A stretch of 64,000 bases of DNA, from assembly GCF_009914755.1 (NCBI RefSeq), contig NC_060935.1; one strand, written 5' to 3'. Below are positions 60,442 to 64,000 of the stretch, one piece after another. This DNA comes from the human T2T-CHM13v2.0 reference genome, Homo sapiens. A program made the position numbers and the translations under genes. The notes beneath the pieces were generated by a model. That model was given only the letters and a program-made list of their open reading frames with translations, was not told the origin of the DNA and did not search any database. Numbering within the stretch: the stretch's first letter is position 1; each line of letters starts with the position of its first letter.

Positions 60442-60754
60442 TGTCACTTGCAAGACTTGCTGTGCTGTTGCATATTTAGAAAAGGAAAGGTGGTCAGTAG
60501 GCAAGCTGAGAACACATGTTAAACTGCATCATTCATGGATCTTGATTGAAATCCCTTATTTATGAAACAAGCTTGTATGTACACTTTGAGTCTGTTAAAT
60601 ATTATGGTGAAATTCCATTTATGCAGTGGGTCACACCCAAGACTTCCTGAAAGGTTAGAGGTGACCCTTGCTCCTAAGTTGGGGCCTAAATCTTGGCAGT
60701 CATAAAAAAGTATTTCTTAACTAGGCTATACAATCAACATTCTCAATTTTATTG

Positions 60755-60785
<31 letters not shown>

Positions 60786-61051
60786 TGTCGCCAGCACCTC
60801 TTCTCACACACTCATCTACCCACCAAAGTTCCAGAAAACACCAGATGTATCTAATTGGTCTAGACTACATGTCCTAGATCCTGAAGTTGGGACTTCTGTT
60901 GGACTCGTATTAATACCAAATAAGTTTGCTTGATATTGTTGAATCAAGTACACATAGCTTAAAATCTTGTCTATGTTTAATTCTATTGCAAAGCCTTGTC
61001 CCCCACATACCATAACTATTCAGGTAAATTTATTTTTGTGAAAGTATAGCA

Positions 61052-61418
61052 TGATGTCAGTCCATTCTGATACTGCTAATAAAGACATACCAGAGACTGA
61101 GTAATTTATAAAGGAATGGTTTAATTGACTCACAGTTCAACATGGCTGGGGAGGCCTCAGGAAACTTACAGTCATGGCAAAAGGAAAGCAAACACAACCT
61201 TCTTCACATGGCAGCAGCAAGGAGAAGTGCTGAGCAATAGGGGGAAAAGCCTCATAAAACCATAAGATCTCATGAGAACTTACTATCATGAGAGTAGCAT
61301 GGGGAAACCACTCCCATGATTCAACTACCAACTACTGAGTCCCTCCCATGACAAGTGGAGATTATGGGAACTACAATTCAAGATGAGATTTGAATGGGGA
61401 CACAGCCAAACCAAATCA
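61052..61418 (-). mobile_element. THE1 solo LTR
   Basis: ...gatgagatttgaatggggacacagccaaacc; flanks agcat/aacat. Confidence 0.9.
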
Positions 61419-61909
61419 AACATCTCATATCTTATATTTTATTTCAGCTATAGATCATAGCTCATTACAGTTTTCTATATTCATCATTCTATCTGTTTTT
61501 TGCTTTCTGAGAATATTATGATAACATTCAAGGAAGTGACATCAATGTTAAGATCAAGAAAAGGAGAAGATCCTATAGGATTCCTTAACATTGTTTTACT
61601 TTAGGAAATAATTGTCATCTATCAATTGTCAGCACCTCTAGGTACAATTATTTAACCAGCTTTAAAGCTGACTCTCTCATCTATTTTTACCCCATGTTTC
61701 TTTATGATTTACTCAGGGATTTTAAAGACACTCTGCCATATGCTTTGCTCAGGTGCTGATATCCTTGGCTCTCTTTCGTTCCTGGTCTCCTACAACAGTA
61801 ATGGTGAGAATTAGCCTCATGAGAGTAGTGTTAAGACTACTCAGTGGTTATAGAAAAGGGGGTAGTGGTTCTTCTAACAAAGTGTTAGATGCAATATTCC
61901 TGCCTCAGG

Positions 61910-62250
<341 letters not shown>

Positions 62251-62528
62251 TAACTGAGTTATCAATATGATTGACATCAGATATCAGAAGAGTATGAGAA
62301 AAAACCAGCATAGAAAAATTTTCAAAGGAAATTATTTACTACCTGATTTTGAAACAACTCATCTAATTTAAGGAGAAAAAAAATGTGTGGTGGGAGAAAG
62401 GATTATTGAAAGATTTTTTCGGAGAAAGTGACTACCATGCTATGAGGTCTCATGCACCTCTTTGCTGTCCCAAAGCCACATCAAGCTCAGTGGTCTATAA
62501 TTGTTGAGTCTAACACTTTATCTTTTTA

Positions 62529-62840
62529 GGCCAGGCACCTTTGGCTCGCGCCTGTAATCCCAGCACTTTGGGACGCCAAGGTGGGGAACTGCTTGAGATC
62601 AGGAGTTTGAGACCAGCCTAGCCTACATAGTGAAACCCTGTCTCTACTAAAGATACAAAAAAAAAAAAAAAAATTAGCCTGGTGTGGTGATAGGCGCCTG
62701 TAGTCCCAGCTATTCAGGTGGCTGAGGTGAGGGGATTGCTTGAACCTGGGAGATGGAGGTTGCAGTGAGCTGAGATCGTGCAATCGCACTCCATCCTGGG
62801 TGAAAGAGCCAGACTCCATCTCAAAAACTAAATTAATTAA
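62529..62840 (+). mobile_element. Alu (S/J)
   Basis: Full Alu; TSD tttatcttttta. Confidence 0.92.
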
Positions 62841-64000
62841 TTAAATAATTAAAAAATACCATTTTTATCTTTTTAGAAAATCAAAATTGTATTTGAATAG
62901 TTGAAAAGGGATTGCTAGGAAATACGGTAAGGGCACATTGGCATAAGATAAACCTTAAAGAAATTTTACTTATGCTGAGAGTTAGGAAATGATAGCCCAC
63001 ACTGTTACATCACAATATGTAATTTTAAATAATAGGTATTATTTTACTTAGGTGAAAGAGAATAAATAGTAATCTTTAATATATGTGCTCCTGAATCGAT
63101 AGGAAGGAACAGTGTATAAGAAGCAAGTAATAAGTTTCTAGAAGGTCTTACTAATTCCTTCTATTTTGGAAGTGGGAGGCCTGGGAGCTAAGCAGTGCGT
63201 GACTGGTAGGAGAAACGAGAAACTTCCAGCTCTTGACCTCCACCCCACTCCCAGCCAGACAATTGCAGGTGCCACAGGGCTGAAGAGGCGCAATACGACC
63301 ATTCTATTTTGGTTTGCAGATGCAGCTTCATAATCAGGAAGGGTGGTGAGAAGGCAAAGCTGAGCCAGAAAAGAGATGGGTCGGGGGAAAGAAGTGAAGA
63401 GATAAACCTTGTAGCTGCAAAAAGACACTTTACATAAGTCCCATTAAAAAGAATTTGTGACACAACAACTATCTTGCTAGAGTGAGCTACTTGTGCCAAC
63501 ACTGAAGAATGACAAAATTCAGATATGCTCCTTGGCAGGGGAGTCAACTGATTTGAAAGGAAAGTGAGCAGAAATAACAAACCCAGAATGCAGCTGTCTC
63601 TTGCCTCAGGGCCTGCTTATACCCTCCTTCAAGCAGCTGAATAACCAAATAAAGCAACAAGTTCAAAGATTACAGAGAAAATTCCGACAGCATCTGTTTC
63701 AACAGGGAGGGGAAATCAAAGACAATTCATCAACACTATTTTGGGGCAATTAATAGGAATGGGTGGAATTGCCCAGATTAAGAAGTGAAGATTATAAAAA
63801 CAACAAAAGCAACAAAGAATTTTAGGGTAACTCTACAAAACTTCCTTTAAAAATGACAAGAAGGACACCACTGAGTAGAATTAGCATTTTTAAGTCAATG
63901 AATAAAAGAAAAGGAGGATACAGTGGAAAAAAATAGCACACAATGTAGAGCTGCAGAACCAGAACAAAAGTAATGACAGATAAGATATTATAGCCATGAA

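Overview
Primate (very likely human) AT-rich genomic DNA containing the 5' end of GRIA4 (AMPA receptor subunit GluA4) on the + strand. A CpG-island promoter at ~28.1-29.4 kb is followed by a non-coding exon 1 (donor after 28682), exon 2 (29160-29337, ATG at 29250, signal peptide) and exon 3 (30528-30686, start of the amino-terminal domain). The first ~33 kb of a very long intron 3 follows. The upstream 28 kb and most of intron 3 are a patchwork of Alu, L1, L2, L3/CR1, MIR, MaLR LTRs (MST/THE1/MLT1), a Tigger3-type DNA transposon and microsatellites. All other ORFs in the track look spurious. I see no new gene system. The best leads are post-transcriptional controls at the GRIA4 5' end: (1) a stop-free in-frame 5' leader with a well-placed CUG; (2) uORFs, one overlapping a possible G4/hairpin switch; (3) a perfect-Kozak Met20 at the signal-peptide end; (4) a possible intronic-polyadenylation isoform making an 84-aa secreted fragment, with an RBFOX motif cluster beside its poly(A) signal; (5) a frameshifting alternative donor; (6) a close inverted Alu pair. 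Repeat subfamilies were recognised by eye and repeat boundaries are approximate unless a TSD is cited.
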